Of a stretch of 64,000 nt of DNA, positions 51,701 through 60,330 are shown one piece after another. The stretch spans positions 746,001-810,000 of the forward strand of contig MU057744.1 in assembly GCA_013265495.1 (NCBI GenBank), read 5' to 3'. A program made the translations under genes and the position numbers. Position 1 is the first letter of the stretch; every line of letters begins with the position of its first letter. The notes below the pieces were generated by a model that saw only the letters and a program-made list of their open reading frames with translations, was not told the DNA's origin and did not search any database. This DNA is from Vicugna vicugna (taxonomy: Eukaryota).

Positions 51701-54511
51701 AGTCGTAAATGTAACGTCCTTTGTGAAGTCTCCCCTCACTATAACTGACAGCAATCCCTTGTGTCCATTACTCCATGTCTTAGGCTTGACGCTTGAAAGC
51801 ATTATGAGTCAGACACAGACTTGGGCTAGAATCCTAGTTGGGGCATTTAACTGGTGGTATGGCCTTGGGTAATTACTAATTATTACTATTTCTCCATCTG
51901 AAAAAAGGGGCAGGTTGTTTTGAGGATTAAACAATGTAAAACTAAGACCCCGGAACACACAGATATATTCATTCAATAACTGTTTTCCTTCTCGGTGGGT
52001 TTCCTTTCACTTTCCTAGTTTAGTGCCCAGAACGGTATAAACCACCTGGTTGATACCCACACAGCCTGCCAATTCACCCTTCGCTCAGGGCCTTGGGAGG
52101 GTTTCCGCCAGCTCAGAAGAGCACCTACACAGCTGCAGATCGTGGTGGGCACTGGGATGTGTCACCAGACCCCCCTTCAGACCTTCAGACCTGCATTGGG
52201 AATGCAGCCCTCAGTGGTCAGTCCTCTCTGATGATGGCCTCTGTGGAAAAAACTGCCTCCCTCACGGGTCACACCTCCTTCCAGGGCAGCCCTTATCTAA
52301 TCATTGATCACTGTTAAGGACACAAAGGCCCAGCCCTCTCAGGAGATTTGAGACTGTGCTGAAAGGCCATCCCACCTCCAGAGCTCCCAGGGGCTGCCTG
52401 ACACCCTCGCTGGCCTGCATTGCATCTCCCTCTGCTCATCCGTCTTCAGTGCCCTCCCTTCCACAGGTGCGGCTCTGAGGATCTCACCCTAAAGACATAA
52501 TGTGCCTGTTTATCTCCATCTCAGAGTCAGATTCCTGGGAACCCAATTTGCAGCCCAGGAATAAGACGCAAAGTGAGTTCAGTCTTTCTCATTGACATGC
52601 AGATTAAAAACCCCAGTAGGCTATAAGGTGTGGATTGACAGGAATCACCTTTTAGCAATAGATTTTCTAGGTCTTTAGAAAGTGATGTGGTTAGTCTGAT
52701 GCCACAAGTAAAGGACGGCAGGAGGTCCCAAATTTAACATGGGGGTTCTGAGCTGGGGGTCCAGGGACCCCCACAGGGGTTCATGAAGAGAATTCAGGGG
52801 GTCTGTTAACTTCGATGGAAAAAGAAATTCCTTTTTCAGTAACCCCTCACTGAGATTTAGAATTTCCTTCCACAGTGAAGGCGGGCAACGAAGCACAGTA
52901 GAATTAGCACTTAATGACCTTTCCACTATTAGAAGTCAGAATCTGTCCAATCACATTATAGTCACCGCAGGTGTCTCCCAATATTGTTTACAGTCCTCAT
53001 GACCTTGAAAGTTCAGTCACCAGCTGACCCGCCATTGCATCCACGGCTACACCGTGCTGTTTAATATGGTTAAAAATAAACACATATACTATTTCCTACG
53101 ACTTAAATTTTTTTTTTAATTTGTGTTTCAACATAATGGATCTCCTCGGCAAGCCTGTGGATTTTCTCTGACGCATTTAAAACCTGAGACGGGGTCTTCA
53201 CAGGGAGGTCAGGGCAGGCGCCCGCAAGGCGACACGCTCTGCGGGCGGGGGCTGTAAGCACTGCTCTCTCGGCCCAGCCGGCCAGCTGCACGCGGGTGTT
53301 GTCCCAGGCGCGGCGGCCGGGCCAGAGGACCAGCAAGCCGTTCCCCGCGCAGGGCCGGCTCCCGCCGCGGCCGGCGGCGCCCCCCACCTCCTGGAATGCG
53401 CGCAGCTTTTTATGAAATCCACATGGCGCGCGGCGGCAGGAGGCGGCACCAAACGACTTTGCGGAGGTGACAGCGTCCCCGCGCCGGGCCAGTTTCGAGA
53501 AGGCTCCAGAGAACGGGAGGTCCCGGGCCCGCTCTCCATCTGTCCCCGCCCCCCGTGGTGACAATGCTGCGCGACAGGAAACTGGGTCACCGGAGCGCCC
53601 CGCGTCCCCAGCCCTGAACCCTGCACTGCAACCAGCCCCACGGCGAGCAGAACCGCGGCCAAGACAAGCCCGGAGCCCGCGCGCGCAGCGGCCGGGCTGC
53701 CGGCCCCGCTCCCGGGCGCAGAGCGCGCTGCGGCGGGCTCCCCCTGCGCCGGCGCCGCCGGGGGTCCCCGCGCCCGCGCCTGGTCCCAACCGGACCGGGT
53801 TCTGTCCCCAGAAGACAGGCGACAATGGCGAGTCGCGGACCGACTTCCCCGCGGCCTCCGGGGAGGAAACTCCGCCGGGTCCCGGGGTCCGGCAGGGCGC
53901 GCGCGGGGCCGCGCAGACGGGGCGGGCTCCCCAGACCCGAGTGCCCCTCCAGCGGCGACAGGGACCCGGCGGCGGGGAGGCGTCGGCGGGCCGGGCGGAG
54001 GCGGGAGCCCCCTTGGGCTTGGAGACCCGGCGCCGCACCCCGCGCCCCGGCGGCCAGCGGGCCCGGGTCCCCGCCCACGACGCCCACGTCCGGCCGGCTC
54101 CGCGGGCGCCCCCGGCCCAAAAACCCCCGGCCCGGCGGCCAGCGGGCCCGGGTCCCCGCCCACGACGCCCACGTCCGGCCGGCTCCGCGGGCGCCCCCGG
54201 CCCGCCCCGGCCTTCCTTCCGACGCCGCCAGCCCCCACGTCCTCCCCCTCACCTGCCTCCACCGCCCGCCCAGGTCGCACACTCACGTAGACCGAGTTGA
54301 TGTCGGATCTGTCGAAGAAGCGGAGCGGTGTGCTCAGCTCCAGGGCTGGGGAGACGCGGTCGTCCCCGGCCTCCAGCTCCAGGTCCCCGTGGCCGGGGCC
54401 GAAGGGAAAGAGCTCCTGGCGGCTCAGGCAGCCCCCGGGCCCAGCCAGCAGCAGCTGCAGCAGCAGCGCCCGCGTCCACGCAGCCCCGCTCCGGCGGACC
54501 GCGCTCCACAT
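4413..54511 (-). CDS. NID1: Nidogen-1 (entactin), coding exons 1-12, partial: join(complement 54287-54511, 33390-33689, 30319-30545, 27249-27622, 24608-24757, 20814-21065, 18231-18431, 16225-16470, 15044-15187, 9480-9605, 5526-5675, 4413-4535); 3' exons lie beyond the left edge
   Basis: Spliced translation matches nidogen-1: signal peptide, [14 protein letters not shown] (G1), EGF1, G2 beta-barrel, EGF2-5. All 12 exons have canonical AG/GT ends and compatible phases; 2518 nt in total. Confidence 0.98.
5526..5675 (-). CDS. NID1: NID1 exon 11 (EGF4)
   Basis: [58 protein letters not shown]; 150 nt. Confidence 0.96.
7940..8031 (-). mobile_element. Vic-1-like SINE
   Basis: Reverse complement of the same tRNA-like head and tail. 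Confidence 0.8.
9480..9605 (-). CDS. NID1: NID1 exon 10 (calcium-binding EGF3)
   Basis: [51 protein letters not shown]; 126 nt. Confidence 0.96.
9800..9885 (-). mobile_element. Vic-1-like SINE
   Basis: gggattgaacccaggaccttgtgcttgctaagcatgtgctctaccactgagct. Confidence 0.8.
13870..14600 (+). mobile_element. Old L1 (L1M-type) 3' fragment
   Basis: gatccagcaatcccacttctgggcatat, catagcagcattattcacaa, aacatgggtgaacctt. Confidence 0.8.
15044..15187 (-). CDS. NID1: NID1 exon 9 (EGF2 with canonical RGD at 15060-15068)
   Basis: [56 protein letters not shown]; 144 nt; correct frame is not in the ORF track, read manually. Confidence 0.97.
15330..15540 (-). mobile_element. MER58-like hAT relic
   Basis: tgtttgtaagtaaagttttattggaaagcagccac...aaaatacttactatctggc. 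Confidence 0.7.
16225..16470 (-). CDS. NID1: NID1 exon 8 (G2 domain)
   Basis: CAG|(V)[14 protein letters not shown]...[15 protein letters not shown]...[19 protein letters not shown]; 246 nt. Confidence 0.97.
18231..18431 (-). CDS. NID1: NID1 exon 7 (G2 domain)
   Basis: [48 protein letters not shown]...[17 protein letters not shown]; 201 nt. Confidence 0.97.
18825..19510 (+). mobile_element. L1 3' end with a nested antisense Vic-1-like SINE (about 19066-19200)
   Basis: L1 ORF2 C-terminus ([16 protein letters not shown]) and 3'UTR; SINE head ggattgaatcaggaccttgtgcatg. Confidence 0.85.
19800..20102 (-). mobile_element. MER58B-like hAT relic
   Basis: gagctaagaatggtctttacatttt...cagccatgctcattc...aaatatttactgtctggccctctgcagga. 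Confidence 0.65.
20814..21065 (-). CDS. NID1: NID1 exon 6 (G2 domain)
   Basis: [20 protein letters not shown]...[18 protein letters not shown]...[14 protein letters not shown]; 252 nt. Confidence 0.97.
21975..22470 (+). mobile_element. Old L1 3' fragment
   Basis: cagcaatcctaactcctaggtgtttacccaagaga..gaatggataaacaagatgtggtatatcc. Confidence 0.8.
22490..22610 (-). mobile_element. Vic-1-like SINE
   Basis: gggattgaacccaggacctcatgcgtgctaagcacatactctaccactgagct. Confidence 0.8.
24436..24611. repeat. About 90-bp diverged tandem duplication that includes the exon 5 donor
   Basis: aagatgtcagaa..gccaaaacagaaactccacccccccc..aaagtacc occurs twice. Confidence 0.85.
24608..24757 (-). CDS. NID1: NID1 exon 5 (EGF1)
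   Basis: CAG|(V)[54 protein letters not shown]; 150 nt. Confidence 0.97.
25060..25192 (-). mobile_element. Vic-1-like SINE
   Basis: ggatcgaacccaggacc..tgcatgctaagcacgcgctccaccactgagct. Confidence 0.8.
27249..27622 (-). CDS. NID1: NID1 exon 4 (end of NIDO and G1-G2 linker)
   Basis: [20 protein letters not shown]...EYDDEDYD...[19 protein letters not shown]; 374 nt. Confidence 0.96.
28005..28830 (+). mobile_element. MER21-like LTR
   Basis: gagtgtctttgtgtatgctaat, cttcaggatgggtgctggtcaccag, aggtgacaacctgggacttgcgactgg, ggtgtcagaagtg motifs. Confidence 0.7.
29126..29295 (+). mobile_element. Vic-1-like SINE
   Basis: gagctcagtggtagagcatgtgcttagcatgcacaaggttctgggttcaatcccc plus AT-rich tail. Confidence 0.85.
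29385..29736. mobile_element. MER63-like hAT relic
   Basis: ttaaattatataaacttgcaattaaataaa..ggccatgggggagtattgac..ccagcacacca. Confidence 0.5.
30142..30189. repeat. (AT)n microsatellite
   Basis: About 24 perfect AT units. Confidence 0.95.
30319..30545 (-). CDS. NID1: NID1 exon 3 (NIDO domain)
   Basis: [31 protein letters not shown]...[13 protein letters not shown]; 227 nt. Confidence 0.97.
30730..31065. mobile_element. Two adjacent L1 3' tails (minus about 30730-30975; plus about 30980-31065)
   Basis: gaatatagttccctgtgctgtacag and ctgaatcactatgctgtacacatgaaactaac. Confidence 0.7.
31110..31252 (-). mobile_element. Vic-1-like SINE
   Basis: Same consensus on the reverse strand. Confidence 0.8.
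33020..33147 (-). mobile_element. Vic-1-like SINE
   Basis: Same consensus on the reverse strand. Confidence 0.8.
33390..33689 (-). CDS. NID1: NID1 exon 2 (G1/NIDO)
   Basis: [16 protein letters not shown]...[23 protein letters not shown]...DPAQEEK|GTAAG; 300 nt. Confidence 0.97.
37205..37340 (+). mobile_element. Vic-1-like SINE (diverged)
   Basis: ggggagggacagctcggtggtagagcacggctcagcgtgcacgaggtcc. Confidence 0.75.
38906..39529 (+). mobile_element. ERV LTR containing a nested antisense L1 3' fragment (about 39121-39344)
   Basis: tgttaaa...cctaaaatggagtcactcatgctaag start; the nested L1 is flanked by the duplicated ccaacctgcttttttt (39112-39127, 39345-39360). Confidence 0.75.
39676..39737. 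repeat. (AAT)n microsatellite
   Basis: About 20 perfect AAT units. Confidence 0.95.
41687..42260 (+). mobile_element. Solo LTR (ERV1-like)
   Basis: TG...CA ends; LTR-type content (aaaactcctatgtatactggctcctcccc, gagcagttcctcagagccatctgagaggctg). Confidence 0.7.
42690..43720 (+). mobile_element. Old L1 3' region with a nested younger L1 tail (about 42835-42985)
   Basis: gaaaagatgctcaacatcattag, cattgctggcaggaatgcaaaatggtgcagcc, gacctagcaattccactcct. Confidence 0.8.
44707..44843. repeat. 20-bp minisatellite
   Basis: Unit gaygcrgtggtgggtggcgg, about 7 copies, degenerating rightwards. Confidence 0.85.
45775..46162 (+). mobile_element. L1 fragment (ORF2 end and start of 3'UTR) joined directly to the CHMP1B retrocopy
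   Basis: gatccagcaatcccaatcctgggcatatatcc...aacagccaagacatggaagcaacc...[18 protein letters not shown]; internal 24-bp duplication at about 46041-46089. Confidence 0.88.
46512..46747 (+). mobile_element. L1 3' end with poly(A), inserted in the CHMP1B pseudogene CDS
   Basis: acagcaaggtcctactgtacagtgcagggagctac...ctgtgcaccagaaat...cttcaattaaaaaaaaaa. Confidence 0.85.
46919..47442 (+). mobile_element. Solo LTR (ERV1-like) with 4-bp TSD
   Basis: Begins TG and ends CA; flanked by CTTC at 46915-46918 and 47443-47446; shares gagcagttcctc..tctgagaggctg motif with the LTR at 41687-42260. Confidence 0.8.
47520..47848 (-). mobile_element. L1 3' end fragment
   Basis: Poly-T followed by the reverse complement of the L1 3'UTR (ggtaaccacaagtttgttttctatgtctgtgagtctg). 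Confidence 0.85.
49352..49425 (+). mobile_element. Vic-1-like SINE (diverged, GC-shifted)
   Basis: ggggagggttgcactcgggggtggagcacgtgcgtagcatgcacgaggtcctgggttc. Confidence 0.7.
49598..50101. mobile_element. MER119-like hAT-Charlie relic
   Basis: cagcagctcttgaac..actctcaaaaattattaaagagccc.. and terminal cagaccgcgctgtgaggaccgctg. Confidence 0.55.
50578..50840 (+). mobile_element. Young L1 3' end with poly(A)
   Basis: ttaccaaagggaaaag..ggagggataaattgggag..ctactgtatagcacagggaact..caattaaaaaa. Confidence 0.85.
50905..51515 (+). mobile_element. MLT1-like LTR with a nested MER3/MER33-like DNA element (about 51125-51335)
   Basis: End tgcttattgttacatgccactgaggt...ttgttacacagca; internal cactgtccaat..ccactagccac..atgtggctactgtgact. 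Confidence 0.55.
52737..53200. mobile_element. Old hAT-Charlie-type DNA transposon relic
   Basis: ggttctgagctgggggtccagggacccc..gaattcagggggtctgttaac terminal-type motif. Confidence 0.5.
54046..54203. repeat. Perfect 73-bp direct duplication in the CpG island
   Basis: 54046-54118 is identical to 54131-54203; spacer aaaaacccccgg. Confidence 0.9.
54287..54511 (-). CDS. NID1: NID1 exon 1 coding part (signal peptide and start of mature protein)
   Basis: ATG at 54511 gives [75 protein letters not shown]; donor GTGAGT at 54286; 225 nt. Confidence 0.96.
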
Positions 54512-54599
54512 GATCCCGAACTGCCGTCCCGCAAGCCGAGCGGCTCCGCGGCCCGAGGCTGCGGAAGGCGGAGACGTAACCCGACGCCCCGGCAGCCCC

Positions 54600-54760
54600 T
54601 CCACGCCTCCCGCCGTCCCCACCCCGGGAAATAGGGGAGGGGAACCGAGGGGAGATGGGGAGGGCCCCGCCCCGACCACGGGGCGCGCCGCCGAGGCTGC
54701 CCAATGGCCGCGAGGGGGAGGGCGAGGGGCGACGCCGAATCTCCCCGCCCTGCGGGCCTG
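54600..54760 (-). promoter_or_regulatory. NID1: TATA-less NID1 core promoter with GC boxes and a CCAAT box
   Basis: CCCCGCCCC at 54665-54673, CCAAT at 54701-54705, CCCCGCCC near 54743; no TATA motif. TSS near 54600 is inferred. Confidence 0.65.
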
Positions 54761-57700
54761 GTCGCCCTCGTTCCCGCGGGGCCATGGGCTCTGGTGGCCG
54801 CGATTCCCGAAACCAGCCCACTTCGCAGGGGACGGCCCCTCCCGGAGGGGGGAGCAATGCGCCCGGCTCCGCGCCGTTGTCCTCGGGTCAGGGCTAAGTC
54901 GTGGAGGTCGGGCGACGCGGACATGCTCTGGATTCGGGGACACAGCCCGCCCCACTGATGCCTGGCGGCGTCGGCGGTCGGACCCACAGGCTCAGACTCT
55001 GGCAGGAAGAGAGGGTGGTGGGTGGTGGGGGCTGGAGGTAGCAAGAAGGGCCTGGACCAGACGCGTGGCCTTTTGCGCCTTCATCCATTCCTGCAGCGTC
55101 ACTGAGTGCCGGATCAGGGGCTCGGGAACTGGAGGTTCGGCCGGAAGTCGGGTTCCACCCTCCGACGTGGTCACGAATGTATCAAACATCATTCAGTGCT
55201 AGGTGGGGTGGGGTGCCCCAGTGATAAAAGACATTAGGGCTGGAATAAAAGCCAAGGAGAGCTTCTTTGGGGACGTGGCTTGATTCCTGGAAGGGATGGA
55301 ATTTCACCAGGGGGTCTGGAGAAGGAAATTTCTGGAAGCTGGAGGGCGTGAGCTGTGGGTGTAGTCAAGGTACCATCCCCCAGTGGAGACTTTGGGAAAG
55401 GAGTCCTGTTCGAAGTGAAGTCGTTTAATACCAAACCGAGGAATTTGAACTCACAGAACTATGGAGAGTCCTTGACAAAGGGACATAAGCCATGTAAGTG
55501 GTCTTCTGAGTGGTCGGTTGATTATTAATTTGGCACTGGGCTGAAAGTAAAGACTCGGAGGTCTTCAGAAGATCATTGAAAAGGGGGGAAAACGGGTGAG
55601 AGAGGAAAAGGTGCAAACTGAGAAGAGATGAATCTAACAGGCACTGCAATGAAAGAAGGATAAGACCTGATTAGACGTTTGCTTAGCGGGGTGGAGGGGT
55701 GGCGGGGAAGAAGAAGAGTTTAAATTGGGTGGAAGGTTTTGAGCCTGGAGAATTGCAAAACCTGTGCTGCCTTTTGCAATCAGGGAATGGGAGCTGGGAC
55801 TTTGGGAGCTGGATATGTGTTGAATGTCAGACTTGTTAGCCTGGAGAGGTCACCAGGGTATCCCCCATTGCCTGTCGCCTGCTAAAAATCAAGGACCTGG
55901 GACTGATTTGGGATAGTTCTCCCAATAGGCAGCAAATTCTATATAGTGTTTAGGGAGCATGAGTTCTGAGTCAGTAGAAAATATAAAGAAGCAGCCAGTA
56001 AAATATACGCTCATTTTGCAAACATAGTAGCCCTAGCAGGCAGAGACCACCCCCACTTTACAGGGGAGGGACGAAGAGGCCCAGAGAGGTTTGCATCACT
56101 TTGCTAAGGTCACACAGCTGGAAGCCTGCGTGGGACCCAGCTCTGGGGCCACCTTAATCAGGACATTAAGTGGCCTCTGTTGCTGCATTTGTTACTCCTG
56201 TGGTTAAAGAGTGACTAATGCTGCCTGCAGTCTGTTGCCAAATCCGTTGGCTTTTCCTTCAGCTCCCTCCCAGAACTGCAGCACTTGGGGGCTTGGAGCC
56301 TCCGTCCTGCCCTAGAAGCACATTGACTCTACCATGCCATCCGTAGCCTGAGCTGCTGCGTGGTCCATCTCTGGGCTTCTGCCTGTTCCAACCAAGAGAA
56401 CTCCATATAGAGGCTCTTCGTCCTCCGTGCTCACCTGTAGGCAGCACGGGCCCCATGACTCCCCATGTGCGCTCGGCCAGCCACATCCTGCCCGCGCCCC
56501 GGACCCTCCCCTTTCAGAACCCCCATCCCAGCTTCTGTCTCACATCAGAGCCACCTCTGGCCTCTGACGCTGTTGCCTGGCCCTGGAATGCTCTCACCCA
56601 TCTCACGAATTCTCCCTTTTTAGTACTCAGACAGCTTCTGAAATGCCTGTTGGGCCAGACGGTTTTCCTCAGCTAACGCAGAAGCAGGGGCAGGTCTTCA
56701 CTATGGCGGTTCAGAACATCTCGGAGACCAGTCGGCTGAGACTTGCACTGTGCCATTTACCAGCCCACTAAACTCAGGCAGGGCTCTGTATCCTCCCCAT
56801 TTGCATGGGATGTCATACCTACCATCAAAGGATTGTTATGAGAAAAAAATGAGATGATCCTGGAAGTGGCCCCAGCACAGAGGTGGGCACAAAGTAAGTG
56901 CTCACTAATATGAAGCCATCATGACTATTGAATGTATTTTTTTTAAATGATTCTTCTTATTTCAGCATTTACTCAGAATCCACTTGAAGTCAGTCACTGT
57001 ACTAGGAATTCGAAATACGAAAACCATGAACTCATAATCCCTTTTGTAAGCAGCTCGCTGTCTGTTGGAAGAGGCAGACACAACGGCAACAGAGTGGGAT
57101 GTTGAACAGACACACGGAGAGCGACGGCAGACGACCCTAACTGAACGCCTGCGCCTGCTGGATGCTGTAAAGAGCTTCAAGTTTAATACTAACAATTGCT
57201 TAAGCTGGTAGCTTTATAGGAGATGAAGGGAAATGAGATTTGCAAAAGCTAATGTGCCCAGTTTCACACAGTGAGTGGAAGAGCCAGGATTTGAATCTCA
57301 GTGTAACTGAAATCAAAGCAGATATTCCATGGACTACACCCTCCTTTCTGTAGCAGGAGAGGTTGCTCCCTCATTGCCATCCACAAAACATATTTGCTCC
57401 GTTGTTTACACACAATGTTCATGCCCCGTTTACATCTGCTTCTGTTTCCTGATTTCATTAGCAACTGTCTTGCTAATGAAGTAAGTGGGGTATATGCTGT
57501 CACTACCTGTCATTTCCTATTGATAGCCCAGCACATTGCCTGGTGCTCGGGGGGACGTGACATCTATGCTGTGCCTCCCGTTTGGACAATGTGGGCTGGA
57601 TGCCAGCCACTCCTTTGGAACTTACAGTTTCAAGTACACTTATTTAGTGTGCAATCATAATCTTCATCACAGAATATTTAATTTCATATTTTGCTCTGGT

Positions 57701-59429
57701 CATGAAATATACATAAGTGTATTTAATAACTAGATGTTTTTCTCTAGTTGTTTTATGGTTTTTTCCCCCCAGATATTAGCTCTTTGGGGCAAAGATCATG
57801 TGTTCTTTTTCCTTTCCAAAGTTTACAGAGTCTAGGCCAGTACTGCGTGCACATTAAAAAAGTCAACAGTTTGAGAATTCAGTAATACTTTTAAGAACCA
57901 TTTGAGATCTGCAGTAGCATATGCACCCACAAAGGCATGATCACTTCAGTGTTTTTTTTTTTTTTTTACGTTTAAGTCATTGGGTGAGGCAGGAAGGCAA
58001 AATTTAGGAAGCAGGCTCTTTCTATAAGTAGCCAAGGTAACTTCTATTTGGCTCATTCAAACAAACATCCAGGCAACCGAGCGGAAAAATAGCTCAATTG
58101 TCTATTTTGCTGAAGGAGATGTCTGTTCTAATCTCACTCTCCTGCAAGGTTTGGCTGCTGACCACATATGGCCACCGAAGGGTCCTTCATTTACCAGATG
58201 TCATGTAGAGTTAAATTTAGTACTGTTTCCGTTTCAGGGGAATTCACTTAATTCATGAGTAGGATGATTGCTGCTTTAAACAAGTTAAATTAAGCTCCAT
58301 TGCTAGAGGGAGACCGTAAATTGAATGACCATCCCCAGCGAAGTCTGAGAGTCAAACAGGATCTGGCGCTCAATTTTCAGTATTTTCAAAGGAGATTTGG
58401 AGCAAAGAGACTTTGGGGAAACACGATCATGTTCATCGATGTGCTTGGTTTGGAAGATACCGCAGTTTTCAGGATAACATTTAATCCTTCTATCGCTACA
58501 TCCTGTTTTCATCTGGATGTTTTGCTGGTTCATTACCATCAGACCTACAGTAACACCTGCCTTTTGTTGTTGTTTCAATAGTCTATTTTTGTTTATGTTA
58601 TTTGCAGACTCACATAAAACACACACACACACACACGATTTTACCTAGACTCTTTGAAGGTAAGTCTCAAACGTGTCCCGTTACCTCAGAATACTCTAGT
58701 GTACGTTTCCTAAAAACTGGAACATTCTCTTACACAGCCACAATGTACTCGTCACAATAAGAATGTTAACGTTGAATATGCATGTGTGGATATATATATA
58801 TATGATTATATATCAGTATATACACCACTATGTATCATTATCCATGTATGTGGTACATAATCTATTGTCATCTAATTTACTGATCTTTTTCCAAGTTCAT
58901 CAGATGTCAAAATGATGTCCTTTAATAGCAGAACATCCCCGCTTATAAGTTGCTTTCACAACAGTTTATCCTGCTTTAATTTGAAAGAGTTCCTCGTTCC
59001 TTATCTTTCATGACCTTGACGGTTTTTAAGGGTGCAGATTACCTCTCAGTTTGGGTTCGTCTGACGTGTCCTTTATAATTAGATGAGATCTTTGCATACG
59101 TGTTGGCAGGAGGAGCACAGAAGTGATGAGGTGTCTTTCTCAGCACGTCGTGTCAAGAGGCACGTGGTGTCGGTTGGTCCTGATGTTGCCGGTGTTCACG
59201 CTGGCTGCACCGGGTACATTCGTGTCTCCTGGATTTCTCCACCATAAAATTATGGTATTTTCTTTTGAAATTAATATGTATGTTGTAGGGAGTTAATTTG
59301 AGGCTGTAAATATCCTGTTCTTCATCAAACGCTTACCTTCTCGATGAAACTCCAGTGATGATTCTTGCCAGGATCAGTTATTATTGTGATGTTTGCCAAA
59401 TGGTTTTTAATTCCTTTGGTCATTTAAAA

Positions 59430-60330
59430 GTTTTTTTTTCAAAATTGTGGTGAGATACACATAACATAATATTTACCATCTGAGTCATTTTTAAGTGTAC
59501 AGTTCAGTGGTATGAAGCACATTCATGTACGGCCATCACCACCATCCATCTCCAACCTCTTTTCATCTTGCAAAACTGAAACCCTTTATCTATTAAACAA
59601 TAAATCCGCCTTCTTCCCCGACCCTCCCTGGGGCCACCAGCCCCCCGCAACCACCTTTTTACTCTCTGTGTTTGTGACCTGGCTCCTCTAGGTACCTCAG
59701 ACGAGTGGAATCAAGCAGTATTTGCCTTTTGGAGACTTATTCCACAGAGCGCAGTGTCCTCAAGGTGCATCCATGTTGCAGCGTGTGTCAGAACTGCCGT
59801 CCTTGTCCAGGCTGAAGAACGCTGCCCGCGTGCACCACATTTGCTCGTCCAACCGCCCTTCAGAGACAGCTGGGCTGCTTCTACACTTCGGCTGCTGTGG
59901 ACGCTGCTGCTGTGACCAGGGGTGTACACACACCTACTGGAGCCTCTGCTTTCTGTTCTCTGGGGTCTAGGCCCAGAAGTGGACTTGCTGGATCACGCGG
60001 TAACTCTATATTTTCACTTTTTGAGGAGTCACCATGCTGTTTCCATAGTGACTGCACCACATTTTACCGTCCCACCAACAGTCCACACAGGTTCCAGTTT
60101 CTCCAACGTTCTCACCAATACTTACTCCCTGTTTTGTTTTTTGTGGTTTTGTTTTTTAATAGTTTCCATCCTAATGTGTGTGAGGTGGTATCTCACTGTG
60201 GCTCTTGATTTGCATTTCCCTAATGATTAGTGATGCTGAGCATCTTTTAGGTGTGTAATGGCCATTTGCATAACTTCTTTAGAAAAATGTCTATTCAAGC
60301 CCTTTGCCCGTTTTGGATTGGGTTTTGTTT
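59430..60330 (-). mobile_element. Old L1 3' fragment
   Basis: ttttaagtgtacagttcagtgg, gtgaggtggtatctcactgtgg, ttgcatttccctaatgattagtgatg. Confidence 0.8.

Larger units (their letters stand above)
53200..55170. promoter_or_regulatory. NID1: CpG island covering the NID1 promoter, exon 1 and the start of intron 1
   Basis: Very high GC and dense CpG around the start codon. Confidence 0.92.

Noticed and set aside
54512..54955. In-frame upstream start giving an N-terminal extension of NID1
   Set aside because: It lies upstream of the inferred TSS and promoter boxes, and it would bury the signal peptide that starts at 54511.
53103..55202. Long overlapping ORFs (585, 311, 301, 277, 269 aa) in the CpG island
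   Set aside because: Stop-codon scarcity in very GC-rich DNA yields low-complexity Gly/Ala/Arg/Pro translations. Only 54287-54511 is NID1 coding.
1444..55975. Scattered AP-1 (TGASTCA) motifs
   Set aside because: The count is not clearly above chance for 64 kb, and there is no convincing cluster.
58300..58632. Opposing ORFs of 93 and 109 aa upstream of NID1
   Set aside because: No recognisable homology or splice structure; lengths are compatible with chance.
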